DNA of 64,000 bases from an uncultured Gammaproteobacteria bacterium (GTDB taxonomy: Bacteria > Patescibacteriota > Patescibacteriia > Magasanikbacterales > JBBTQS01). Numbering within the stretch: position 1 is the first letter of the stretch; each line of letters starts with the position of its first letter. The position numbers and the translations under genes are program-made. This document shows positions 9,882 to 18,710 of the stretch, one piece after another. The stretch is from contig OZ246400.1 in the NCBI GenBank assembly GCA_965230935.1, positions 173,705 to 237,704 on the forward strand. Direction: 5' to 3'. The notes under the pieces are model-generated. The model did not search any database. It was not told the origin of the DNA and saw only the letters and a list, made by a program, of their open reading frames with translations.

Positions 9882-11006
9882 ATGAGTAACCCAAAACAAA
9901 TAGCAAAAGAGTTACTTGCCCAAGCCGATATACAAATAAATGGTAGTCGGCCGTGGGATTTACAGGTTCATAACGAAGATGTTTTTGCGCGTACCATGCG
10001 TGAAGGTTCTCTCGGTTTTGGAGAGAGTTACATGGATGGTTGGTGGGATGTTGAGCAATTGGACGAATTTTTCTCGCGTATTTTAGGCGCGCGTCTTGAG
10101 CAGAAAGTTCAGCCAAGTTTCAAAATGCTCATGACCTATTTGGGGGTCAAATTGTTTAACCCCCAAACTAAATCTCGCGCAAAACAAGTAGGAGAGCAAC
10201 ACTATGATGTTGGTGATGATTTATATGAGCGCATGCTGGATAAACGCATGACGTATACGTGTGGCTACTGGAAGGATGCAGATAACCTTGATGATGCGCA
10301 AGAGGCCAAACTAGATTTAGTATGTCGCAAGATCGGTTTAAAAGAGGGTGACAAAGTCCTTGATATTGGTTGCGGTTGGGGAAGTTTTGCGATTTATGCT
10401 GCACAAAAATATGGTGCACATGTTGTGGGAGTAACAATTTCAAAAAATCAAGTAGAAACTGGAATGGAACGAGCACAAGGATTGCCGGTTGAGTTACGCT
10501 TTCAAGATTATCGCGATGTCACCGAGAAATTTGATCATGTGGTAAGTCTTGGGATGTTTGAGCATGTTGGTGAGCGCAATTACCGTGAATATTTTGAAGT
10601 CGTAAATCGCGTACTAAAAAATAATGGTTCGTTTTTGCTCCACACTATTGGTGGTCTTAAATCAGTTTCAACAACTGACCCATGGATTGCTAAGTATATT
10701 TTTCCAAACTCAATGTTGCCAAGTGCAGCGCAGATTACCAAAGCGGTTGAAGGTCTTTTTGCAATTGAGGATTGGCATAACTTTGGTGCAGATTATGATC
10801 ATACGCTTATGGCGTGGATGACAAATGTTGATGAGGCGTGGAAAGAGCTTGTTGCGCAAAATCCAAACTACACGGATCGGTTTTATCGTATGTGGAAGTT
10901 TTATCTGATGAGCTGCGCCGGTTCGTTTCGGTGTCGTAAAAATCAGTTGTGGCAAATTGTATTGCATAAAACCGGTGTGCCCGGCGGATATACCTCTGTC
11001 CGCTAG
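9882..11006 (+). CDS. cfa: cyclopropane-fatty-acyl-phospholipid synthase family SAM-dependent methyltransferase
   Basis: VLDIGCGWGSFAIYAA (SAM motif I), FDHVVSLGMFEHVG, and the CFA-synthase C-terminal region. ATG 9882 has an AGGAGA SD upstream; the ORF track starts at TTG 9843. Confidence 0.85.
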   Translation: MSNPKQIAKELLAQADIQINGSRPWDLQVHNEDVFARTMREGSLGFGESYMDGWWDVEQLDEFFSRILGARLEQKVQPSFKMLMTYLGVKLFNPQTKSRAKQVGEQHYDVGDDLYERMLDKRMTYTCGYWKDADNLDDAQEAKLDLVCRKIGLKEGDKVLDIGCGWGSFAIYAAQKYGAHVVGVTISKNQVETGMERAQGLPVELRFQDYRDVTEKFDHVVSLGMFEHVGERNYREYFEVVNRVLKNNGSFLLHTIGGLKSVSTTDPWIAKYIFPNSMLPSAAQITKAVEGLFAIEDWHNFGADYDHTLMAWMTNVDEAWKELVAQNPNYTDRFYRMWKFYLMSCAGSFRCRKNQLWQIVLHKTGVPGGYTSVR

Positions 11007-11170
11007 TACATGCGTTGGAACTGAACATGGTATACTGCATTGCATATGCAACGGGTCATTCTTTACCGATCCGAATGTGCTACTTTCGACGGTATTGGTG
11101 ATTTTCCCATGGTCACTACTTGTCTCGCCGTATAAGGCATTTATGAAAAAACGGGTGTAGTCCTCACTAA

Positions 11171-11467
11171 TCAAAGTGCCCCTTCAGCGCGCAATAATGC
11201 GCGTTTTTGTTTCGAGCCGCCACGATTATATTCACCAACAGTGCCATCAGAGCGAATAACACGATGGCAAGGGATTGAGGGATTATAGTTATGCTTCATG
11301 ATTGTCCCTACAGCGCGAGCAGCACCAGGACTGCCTGCTTGTGCAGCCACTTGTGCATACGTCATAGTTTGTCCTTTGGGGATTTTGGCTACAATGGCGA
11401 GCACTCGTTGGGTAAATGAAGGGCTTGTTTGCATATGCATGAGTATATCAGGTACAATCAAGTTCAA
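11171..11467 (-). CDS. methylated-DNA-protein-cysteine methyltransferase (MGMT) DNA-binding/active-site domain protein
   Basis: PCHRVI active-site motif and a helix-turn-helix (TYAQVAAQAGSPGAARAVG). Standalone C-terminal domain. The true start is probably an internal Met (11440 or 11434). Confidence 0.8.
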   Translation of the reverse strand: MNLIVPDILMHMQTSPSFTQRVLAIVAKIPKGQTMTYAQVAAQAGSPGAARAVGTIMKHNYNPSIPCHRVIRSDGTVGEYNRGGSKQKRALLRAEGAL

Positions 11468-11472
11468 CTACT

Positions 11473-12648
11473 ATGAACTTTCAAGAACAATCAATTCAAA
11501 AACATAAGGAGGTCCAAGGAAAACTGGAGACGGTTTCAAAAATGAAGATTAAGAACACTGATGACTTGTCTGTGGCGTACTCACCTGGAATTGCCGGACC
11601 GAGTAAGGTGATTGCGCAGGACGCGTCAGCTGCATATGACCTTACCATCAAGGCCAATACTGTGGCAGTGGTGAGTGATGGTAGCGCAGTACTTGGTTTG
11701 GGTAATATCGGGCCAGAAGCGGCGCTTCCAGTGATGGAAGGGAAGGCAGTGTTATTTAAAGAGTTTGGCGGAGTAAATGCATTTCCAATTTGTTTGGCAA
11801 CGCAAGACACAGAGGAGATTATTAAAACAGTAAGGCTGATTGCCCCAGGTTTCGGTGGAATTAATCTCGAAGACATCTCAGCACCACGGTGTTTTGAAAT
11901 TGAAGAGCGTTTGCAAGATTTAGGCATTCCGGTGTTTCATGATGATCAGCATGGAACCGCAATTGTGATGCTAGCAGGACTTATGAATGCGTCTCGTGTA
12001 GTGGGGAAGAGTATGCAATCCATGCGCGTGGTGATTAGTGGTGCTGGAGCCGCAGGAACTGCAATTGCAAAATTACTCTGTTGTATGTGGAAAGAGGATA
12101 ATGTGTGTGTCGGAGTAAAGGATGTTATTGTGTGTGATTCGCGGGGTATGTTGAGCACTGATCGTGATGATTTAAATGATGCGAAGTTAGCACTCGCAAA
12201 GATGAGCAATCGAGAAGGAAGATCGGGAAGTTTGGCTGATGCTGTGGTCGGTGCTGATTTATTTATCGGTGTTTCCATTGGTGGTCTACTTACGGCTGAG
12301 ATGGTACAAACCATGGCTAAAGATCCTATTGTATTTGCTATGGCAAACCCTGTCCCTGAGATTATGCCAGATGTAGCAAAACAGGCCGGTGTGTCGGTTA
12401 TGGCAACTGGACGAAGTGATTTTCCCAATCAGGTGAACAATGTGCTGGTATTCCCGGGAATCTTTAAGGGGGCGCTTTCGGTTCGGGCAACACGAGTTAC
12501 TGAGAAGATGAAGTTGGTCGCTGCACAAACCTTAGCTGGTTTGGTCGATGAGCCAACTGCTGAAAAAATTATTCCAGCACCGCTTACTCCTGGTGTAGCG
12601 GATGCCATTGCACAATCAGTAGCGCAAGCATGGGAGTCTGCAAAATAA
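11473..12648 (+). CDS. NAD(P)-dependent malic enzyme (short form)
   Basis: DLSVAYSPGIAGP, GxGxxG NAD-binding region (VVISGAGAAGTAIAKLL), and NPVPEI motif. Confidence 0.9.
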   Translation: MNFQEQSIQKHKEVQGKLETVSKMKIKNTDDLSVAYSPGIAGPSKVIAQDASAAYDLTIKANTVAVVSDGSAVLGLGNIGPEAALPVMEGKAVLFKEFGGVNAFPICLATQDTEEIIKTVRLIAPGFGGINLEDISAPRCFEIEERLQDLGIPVFHDDQHGTAIVMLAGLMNASRVVGKSMQSMRVVISGAGAAGTAIAKLLCCMWKEDNVCVGVKDVIVCDSRGMLSTDRDDLNDAKLALAKMSNREGRSGSLADAVVGADLFIGVSIGGLLTAEMVQTMAKDPIVFAMANPVPEIMPDVAKQAGVSVMATGRSDFPNQVNNVLVFPGIFKGALSVRATRVTEKMKLVAAQTLAGLVDEPTAEKIIPAPLTPGVADAIAQSVAQAWESAK

Positions 12649-12655
12649 ATACCAT

Positions 12656-13219
12656 ATGAACAAAACAAAGATTGCACTTTCCGGAATTGCTGGTTCGTTT
12701 TCAGAAGAAGCTGCTCGCATTTATGCAAGCAGAGCTGGTTTTGAACCTGAGTGCGTTTTTGCCGTTGATATGGAAGGGGTTTTGCAATCTATTGATCAAG
12801 ATAAAGTTGAACTTGGTATTTTCCCAGTAGTAAACTCTCGAGGAGGGTTGGTACAAAGTGCATTCCATGCCATGGGAAAGCACACCTTTACTGTTCACGA
12901 TGAATTGTGGATGGAGGTGTACCAATGTTTATTGGTACAAAAGGGGACGACGACGGAGCAGATTACCAAGATCGCAAGTCATCCTCAAGCAATTGCCCAG
13001 TGTGAGCGGCATATTCGCCAGCATCATCCTGATGCTGAGCTTATCTACTGGGATGACACAGCAAAAGCTGCTCAGGATTTGGCACAGGGCGAATTTGACG
13101 CAACCACTGCAGTGATTGCACCATCACGTTCAGCACAGATTTATGATTTAGAAATTTTGGAAAAAGGAATTCAGGATAACCACCCCAATCTTACTACATT
13201 TATTGTGGTAAAAGCATAA
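12656..13219 (+). CDS. prephenate dehydratase (PDT domain only, no ACT domain)
   Basis: PDT-domain pattern (IALSGIAGSFSEEAA...PVVNSRGG...SHPQAIAQC). The ORF stops before any ACT domain. Confidence 0.7.
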   Translation: MNKTKIALSGIAGSFSEEAARIYASRAGFEPECVFAVDMEGVLQSIDQDKVELGIFPVVNSRGGLVQSAFHAMGKHTFTVHDELWMEVYQCLLVQKGTTTEQITKIASHPQAIAQCERHIRQHHPDAELIYWDDTAKAAQDLAQGEFDATTAVIAPSRSAQIYDLEILEKGIQDNHPNLTTFIVVKA

Positions 13220-13253
13220 TCAAAAAAACACCACGAGTGATGTTCTTTTGAAT

Positions 13254-13272
13254 GCCGACGTAATGCGTCGGC
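13254..13272. terminator. bidirectional hairpin between convergent genes 12656-13219 and 13305-14228
   Basis: gccgacg-taatg-cgtcggc perfect 7-bp stem. On the minus strand it is followed by a U-rich run. Confidence 0.6.
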
Positions 13273-13304
13273 TCGTTGTGTTGTTGGTGTGTGTCCTCAG
13301 ACGA

Positions 13305-14228
13305 TCAGGCGAACACCGAGGCGCCGCGGAACTGACGCATGACCCCACCTTTGAGGAAGGACAGATCACGCGACAAACGCAGTAGGTGCGCCAACTGCCG
13401 CTCAGTCTTGGTGCTCATCTTCTTGTGGTGTCGCTCCCAGAGCTCGGGCTGGGTGGCCGGATCAGGCACCTGGTAGCGCTGATCCTCGTGAGCCGGCAAC
13501 ACCGGAGCGATGCATTCGCCAAAGTGTTCGACCAAGGCCGCCAAAGGGAACACCTCCTCCACGCCCATGAGGTGGTAGTGAACCTCCTCGTCCTTGACCG
13601 GCGAGTAGCCGATCACCGCGGTATGCGCACGTTTGTACTCGTCCTTGGGCATGCCGGCCAGGTGCGGGGGGAACCCGCCCATGTCCAGCAGCGTCGGGTT
13701 GTGCCAGATGGCCATGGTGTTGGCAATGCGCCCCTCGAGAATCGACTCGGTGAGCTCGTTGATCGCCAGACCGGTAACCATGGCACCCTGCTCGAGCGCT
13801 GCCCACATGGCGTCGAAGTTCTCCTGCGTCAGGTACGGTTGAGCTTCTGTAGACGCGATCATGGAGAACTCACACCCATGCTGCAGCTGGATCCGCACTC
13901 CCTGATTGAGGATCGCGCAGTACAGGTCACCATAGGTGACGATGTGAACGGCCACATCAGCGACTCCGCTTTGCTTCATGGCATCGCACAGCGCCGCGTG
14001 TGTCTCGCCGCAGTCACTCTTGGCGTACCCATGTGCAGCCCAGACCAGCACGTCGACTCGCTTAAGGCGACTCAGCTGGTTGGCAAGGGTAAGCTGGTTG
14101 GCAGCACGGATCATCTCTACGACCTGTGCACACCGCTTCGGGACATCTTCTGCCTTCGTGGCAAAAGTGCGTAGGACAAGTCCTACATTGCGCACGCGCA
14201 TATTGCGCGGCTTGACCGAATTGGTCAT
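13305..14228 (-). CDS. hypothetical protein, high-GC cassette gene D
   Basis: 307-aa ORF with GGAGG SD 9 nt before ATG 14228. Body is strongly GC-rich with GC-rich codons. No domain recognised. Confidence 0.75.
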   Translation of the reverse strand: MTNSVKPRNMRVRNVGLVLRTFATKAEDVPKRCAQVVEMIRAANQLTLANQLSRLKRVDVLVWAAHGYAKSDCGETHAALCDAMKQSGVADVAVHIVTYGDLYCAILNQGVRIQLQHGCEFSMIASTEAQPYLTQENFDAMWAALEQGAMVTGLAINELTESILEGRIANTMAIWHNPTLLDMGGFPPHLAGMPKDEYKRAHTAVIGYSPVKDEEVHYHLMGVEEVFPLAALVEHFGECIAPVLPAHEDQRYQVPDPATQPELWERHHKKMSTKTERQLAHLLRLSRDLSFLKGGVMRQFRGASVFA

Positions 14229-14381
14229 TGGTTTCCTCCATAGTACTTCCCCAACGCATCAGGGAAATACGCAGTTGGCTTCTCACCGTACGACACTAGT
14301 CAGTTATCTGTCTTCTCCCTAACGCATCAGGAAAAATCAAGAACTGAGGGAACCGCGCCCCTACCGCTTGGCAAGACAAAA

Positions 14382-14409
14382 AGTATAGCAAAATTACTCC
14401 TTTTGTCAA
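14382..14409 (-). promoter_or_regulatory. sigma70-like promoter for gene D (minus strand: TTGACA-16-TATACT)
   Basis: Minus-strand reading ctaTTGACAaaaggagtaattttgcTATACTttt. About 145-nt leader to ATG 14228. Confidence 0.6.
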
Positions 14410-14487
14410 TAGTTTTCACAAGAAAGTTCTTTGTATTTCAGAAAATATGGTAGACTGCAGACAGTAATTTCAGCCAAATATTAGGAT

Positions 14488-16146
14488 ATGCCAATTAAAC
14501 ACAGCACGTCAGCGCTTACTAAAGAGCAGCACGAAACGCAAGATGCTCGGTATGCCCAAAATCATCAGTACGACTACATCATTGTTGGGACAGGAAATAC
14601 ATCATTGACTGTTGGGGCCTTGCTTGCCCGATCTGGTGCACGGGTATGTATGCTTGAGGCACACGATATACCTGGAGGTTATGCCCAAACCTTTACGATG
14701 GGTAAGTATAAATTTTGCGCACAAATTCATTACACTTGGGGATGTGCACCAGGAGGAAAGATTTACAAATTTTTGAAAAAACTTGGATTGGAAAAAGACG
14801 TCTCATGGGAGCTATATGATCGCGAGGGATATGATCATATGGTGATGCCTGATGGTACACAGGTTAAAATTCCGTATGGATGGGATCGACTCGTCGAAAA
14901 TGTAGCAACAGCCTATCCGCATGAGCGAGAGGGGATGGAAAAGTTTGTGGGTATTGCTCGAATGATTCGAGGACAGATGGCACATTTTCCATCGCGTGGC
15001 GAGCCGTGGTATCGATACGTTACAAAGGGATGGAGATTGACTGGATTGGCACGTTATCGTAACAAAACTCTTCAAGATGTATTTGATGAGTGTGGGCTTG
15101 GCAAAGAAGCACGCGCAGTGCTTAGTGCCAATGCCGGAGATTTGATGTCACCTCCAAAGGAGCTAAGCTTTTTACTCTACATCGCATTATTTGGTGGATA
15201 TAACACTGGCGCGTATTATCCAACTCATGATTTTAAACACTATATTGATCGAGTTGCTTCTGTTATTACAGATAGTCCAGGATGTCACATTTATTATGAA
15301 ACTGAGGCGGTAAAAATTGATGTACAGGGAAATCAAGCTACTGCAGTACACACACGCAATGGCAAAACATTTACGGCACCGACTATTATTTGTGGTATGG
15401 ATCCACAAGCTGCTGCACACGAACTGATCGGGTGGGATAAGGTTCCACAAGGGTATCAGAAGAAATTATCATATTCATATTGTCCGTCCGGTATGACAAT
15501 GTATGTAGGATTCAAACCTGGATTTGACTTGCGTGAGTATGGTTTTGGGAAGTTTAATATTTGGCACTTAGAGCAATGGGATATGAATGCTTCTTGGAAG
15601 CAACAGCTTTCCGGTGATTTTAGTGCCCCGTGGATGTTTATGTCCACACCTACGCTGCATAGTGATAAAAGCGGGAATGCACCACAAGATTCTCAGATTT
15701 TAGAGATTGCATCACTTACTGATTTTGATTCGTTCAAAAAAGCGCAGGATGCAAGTTATGGTGAGTATTCAAAAAAGAAAATGGCGCTCATGGAACGATT
15801 AATTGATTTGGTACAGGAAAAATATATTCCAAACATGCGAGATCATATCGCGCTTAAGTTTGCTGGCACGCCGGTAACAAATTTTGATTTTGTAAAAGCA
15901 CCATACGGCACAGCATATGGTGCCGCAATGATTCCATCCCAAACAGGGCTAAACCGTTTGCAAGCATCGACCCCGTGGAAAAATTTGTATTGGAGTAATC
16001 AATCAGCTGGATATCCCGGGATGTATGGTACGGTCAGTACCGGTATGTCTTTGTATACGACGCTAACCGGCGATCATTTTTTGGATGAGATGGAACAAAA
16101 GAGTGATGATGAGATGATTGCTGCAATTATGACAGAGATTCGATAA
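14488..16146 (+). CDS. FAD-dependent oxidoreductase, phytoene desaturase/CrtI-like family
   Basis: N-terminal dinucleotide-binding fold (YDYIIVGTGNTSLTVGALLARSGARVCMLEAHDIPGG). Length and C-terminal pattern match the CrtI/amine-oxidase family. Confidence 0.8.
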   Translation: MPIKHSTSALTKEQHETQDARYAQNHQYDYIIVGTGNTSLTVGALLARSGARVCMLEAHDIPGGYAQTFTMGKYKFCAQIHYTWGCAPGGKIYKFLKKLGLEKDVSWELYDREGYDHMVMPDGTQVKIPYGWDRLVENVATAYPHEREGMEKFVGIARMIRGQMAHFPSRGEPWYRYVTKGWRLTGLARYRNKTLQDVFDECGLGKEARAVLSANAGDLMSPPKELSFLLYIALFGGYNTGAYYPTHDFKHYIDRVASVITDSPGCHIYYETEAVKIDVQGNQATAVHTRNGKTFTAPTIICGMDPQAAAHELIGWDKVPQGYQKKLSYSYCPSGMTMYVGFKPGFDLREYGFGKFNIWHLEQWDMNASWKQQLSGDFSAPWMFMSTPTLHSDKSGNAPQDSQILEIASLTDFDSFKKAQDASYGEYSKKKMALMERLIDLVQEKYIPNMRDHIALKFAGTPVTNFDFVKAPYGTAYGAAMIPSQTGLNRLQASTPWKNLYWSNQSAGYPGMYGTVSTGMSLYTTLTGDHFLDEMEQKSDDEMIAAIMTEIR

Positions 16147-17410
16147 TGCCGGTGGCTACTCGTTTGCCATTCCAGAGTGCTCCTTCAGTCCACGGACTAT
16201 TGAGATAATCCCCACAGAGCCAAACATTGCGTTGTCCTTGCTCGTGAGTCAAAAATTCATGTGCATTGGTCAGCAATTCTTGGTTAAATTTTGGCATGGC
16301 ATGTGTCCAGCGCTGTAGATCATGTGGAGTGAGATCATCTTTACTTACCCAAGGGCACACTTTTGGAAATTCTTCTAGTACCGCTTTCCAAATTTCATCA
16401 TCAGATTTGGTGAGCATCTCTTGAGCATACCCATCATGGAGCCACGTGCATAACAGTTGTTTGCCGTTGCTACGTAAGTCATCACCTTTCATCACCTCAT
16501 TAGAGATACCGGAGAATTTTGTATTTTGAACGTATGGAATCCACGTAATTGAGGTTTTGGGCAAACTATCTGCTGCGACCTGAAACGCAACACTTACTGA
16601 GCTTGCATATTCAGTTTGCTCAAGTAGTTGTTGCTGGATTGGTGTTTTCTTTTTAAGGATTTGATTGCTTATCGGAGCAGTGGTGGCGAGTACCACAGTA
16701 TCGTATTGCTCTGCATCACGCTCAGTCTGAACAGTCCACATATCACCTTGTAAGGTGATTGAATGTACTGGCGTATTGGTTCGCACATCAAGATGTTTAG
16801 CAAGTGCTTCTGGTAAAACACTCATTCCTCCAGCGATACGATGGAGGTCCCACGCTGTCTTGTCTTTTTTAACTGATTGCATCACTGCGACAAAAGCTGC
16901 GGCACTTGCTTCAGTTGCCCGATGGAATTGATATGCAGCAGTAAATGGATCAACTATATAATCTGCTATTTCCTGATTCAGATGCGTGATCGCATAGTCG
17001 TACGCATTATCAGTATTGTACTCCATTGCCGTTTCAAGATCTCGAAAATCAGCATCTTCACTCATTTTGCGATAGGTATTTGCTAAAACAAGGTTTGATT
17101 TAAGAGAAAGTGTTTTGTGTACTGGTTTGATAGAACCATTTTTAAAAATTCCATAGGAGCAAAAATCCATTGGCATCCAGTCCAGATTAAGTTCATCAAC
17201 ATACTCCAACATATTGGTGTAATTGGGAATCAGGTGGGTAGCACCAATATCAAAAATAAGCCCATCTTTTTCGCGCGAACGCATGCGTCCGCCAACTGTG
17301 GAATCAGCTTCAAACACTGTGACGTCTTGGCCGGCCTTTTTAAGTTCATATGCGCAAACGAGTCCGGCAATACCTGCGCCTATAATTGCAATGCGAGGAG
17401 TTATTTTCAT
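16127..17410 (-). CDS. FAD-dependent amine oxidase / protoporphyrinogen-oxidase-like protein
   Basis: RIAIIGAGIAGLVCAYELKKAGQDVTVFEADSTVGGR Rossmann motif. Convergent with, and overlapping, the previous gene by 20 nt. Confidence 0.8.
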   Translation of the reverse strand: MKITPRIAIIGAGIAGLVCAYELKKAGQDVTVFEADSTVGGRMRSREKDGLIFDIGATHLIPNYTNMLEYVDELNLDWMPMDFCSYGIFKNGSIKPVHKTLSLKSNLVLANTYRKMSEDADFRDLETAMEYNTDNAYDYAITHLNQEIADYIVDPFTAAYQFHRATEASAAAFVAVMQSVKKDKTAWDLHRIAGGMSVLPEALAKHLDVRTNTPVHSITLQGDMWTVQTERDAEQYDTVVLATTAPISNQILKKKTPIQQQLLEQTEYASSVSVAFQVAADSLPKTSITWIPYVQNTKFSGISNEVMKGDDLRSNGKQLLCTWLHDGYAQEMLTKSDDEIWKAVLEEFPKVCPWVSKDDLTPHDLQRWTHAMPKFNQELLTNAHEFLTHEQGQRNVWLCGDYLNSPWTEGALWNGKRVATGIIESLS

Positions 17411-17450
17411 ACGTAATTGGTTGTGCAGATCATACCACGCTCACCATCTC

Positions 17451-17479
17451 TTGACGAGGTTATGTAAGTTTTATACACT
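17451..17479 (+). promoter_or_regulatory. sigma70-like promoter for gene A (TTGACG-17-TACACT)
   Basis: cTTGACGaggttatgtaagttttaTACACTg, followed by a leader hairpin and SD. Confidence 0.6.
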
Positions 17480-17508
17480 GCAATCTCCCACTCATCAACA
17501 ATGGGAGA

Positions 17509-18576
17509 TTGGAGGTCGCTTTGAGCACACCTGAGCCTGCGGGCAAACCTGCGGTCCGGATTGTCCAGGCCGTGGACCAACCGAACATCAGCAAAGCGAT
17601 CCACGCATTGCTGTTGTTCTTCGAGGAGCGTAACTGGGTCGACAACGACGCCATGATCCTGGAGCTCGGTCGTGCGCTGCACGAGGGTCATCAGTGTTGG
17701 GCACCGGTGTACGATCGGGACGCGGTCGGGACGCGGCTCATCTACGTACTGCCGTTCGACGGAGCGCAAGGACAGCGTCGCAGCGCCACGCGCTGCGTCT
17801 GGGTGTCCACCGCACGAGCGGATCTGATGGTCGAGCACATGATCGAACTTACCACCGGGCCATACGGTCGTGGTCGTAAGGCGCCGTCGGAGGGCATGTT
17901 CATCCAGGACACCGCAGCAACCGATCACCTCAACGAGTGTATCGGTCGCAAGATCGGTCGTCCGTGGGAGGTCGCTGACATTGCGTATACCGCGTCGCAG
18001 ACTTTGGCCGCGTGGTGGGCGGAGCAGCACCCGGTTCCGGCGACGCGCCGACCGGGACGCCGCGAGCGACTCAGTGAAGAGTTGTTGGGACACGTCAGGG
18101 AAGCACTGCGTTCGTCACAGCAGTTCGCCGTGGCCCCACCGCGTGGGTCGAGTGGCATGGGTTTTTACGTCCTGCCGATCGACCAGTGGACGCTCCAGCG
18201 CTGCATCGGGATAACGCTCAACGGCCACGCTGCCGAGGATTTGTCCCGGGATCTCGCCGGTCGGATTCGTTTGCACCTTGGCGACCGTTGGGAGCTGGGT
18301 GGCGACGAGGGTCCGGTGGAGGCCGAGTCCGATGTCATGAGCGTGAGTTCGGACGAGATCGAGTTCGAGCTCGAGTTCGACGACGATGCGGATGACGACG
18401 CGGACGACGAGAACGTCGCAGAGGCCGTGGTAGTTTCGCAGGTTGTCTCCGGTGACGAGCCGACGCAGGAGGCCACGCCGAGTGCCGGCACTGCTCCCAC
18501 TGACGAGCAGATGTCCACCCCAGCTGAGGACGGCAAAGGGCGCTCCGAGGGCAACCCTCCGGTTGGCCCGGCGTAA
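17509..18576 (+). CDS. hypothetical protein with acidic C-terminal tail, high-GC cassette gene A
   Basis: 355-aa ORF. Likely real start is TTG 17521, 5 nt after GGAGG (17511-17515). GC-rich codons. C-terminal EFELEFDDDADDDADDE low-complexity region. No domain recognised. Confidence 0.75.
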   Translation: MEVALSTPEPAGKPAVRIVQAVDQPNISKAIHALLLFFEERNWVDNDAMILELGRALHEGHQCWAPVYDRDAVGTRLIYVLPFDGAQGQRRSATRCVWVSTARADLMVEHMIELTTGPYGRGRKAPSEGMFIQDTAATDHLNECIGRKIGRPWEVADIAYTASQTLAAWWAEQHPVPATRRPGRRERLSEELLGHVREALRSSQQFAVAPPRGSSGMGFYVLPIDQWTLQRCIGITLNGHAAEDLSRDLAGRIRLHLGDRWELGGDEGPVEAESDVMSVSSDEIEFELEFDDDADDDADDENVAEAVVVSQVVSGDEPTQEATPSAGTAPTDEQMSTPAEDGKGRSEGNPPVGPA

Positions 18577-18608
18577 CTTTAGCCATCACACAACACACAC
18601 AACATGAA

Positions 18609-18637
18609 GAACGCGCAAACAAGCGCGCTCTTTGTAT
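18609..18637 (+). terminator. hairpin terminator after gene A
   Basis: gaacgcgc-aaacaa-gcgcgctc stem followed by tttgtattct. Confidence 0.65.
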
Positions 18638-18710
18638 TCTGGACAAAAGTAATTTGTTATAGTATGTATAAGATACCTGCATAAGAGATAGTGCAGGAAG
18701 AGGAGATCAG

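Noticed and set aside
18350-18420. Tandem DNA repeat gacgacgatgcggatgacgacgcggacgacgag as a mobile or regulatory repeat
   Set aside because: It simply encodes the poly-Asp/Ala acidic tail of gene A, i.e. a coding low-complexity region.
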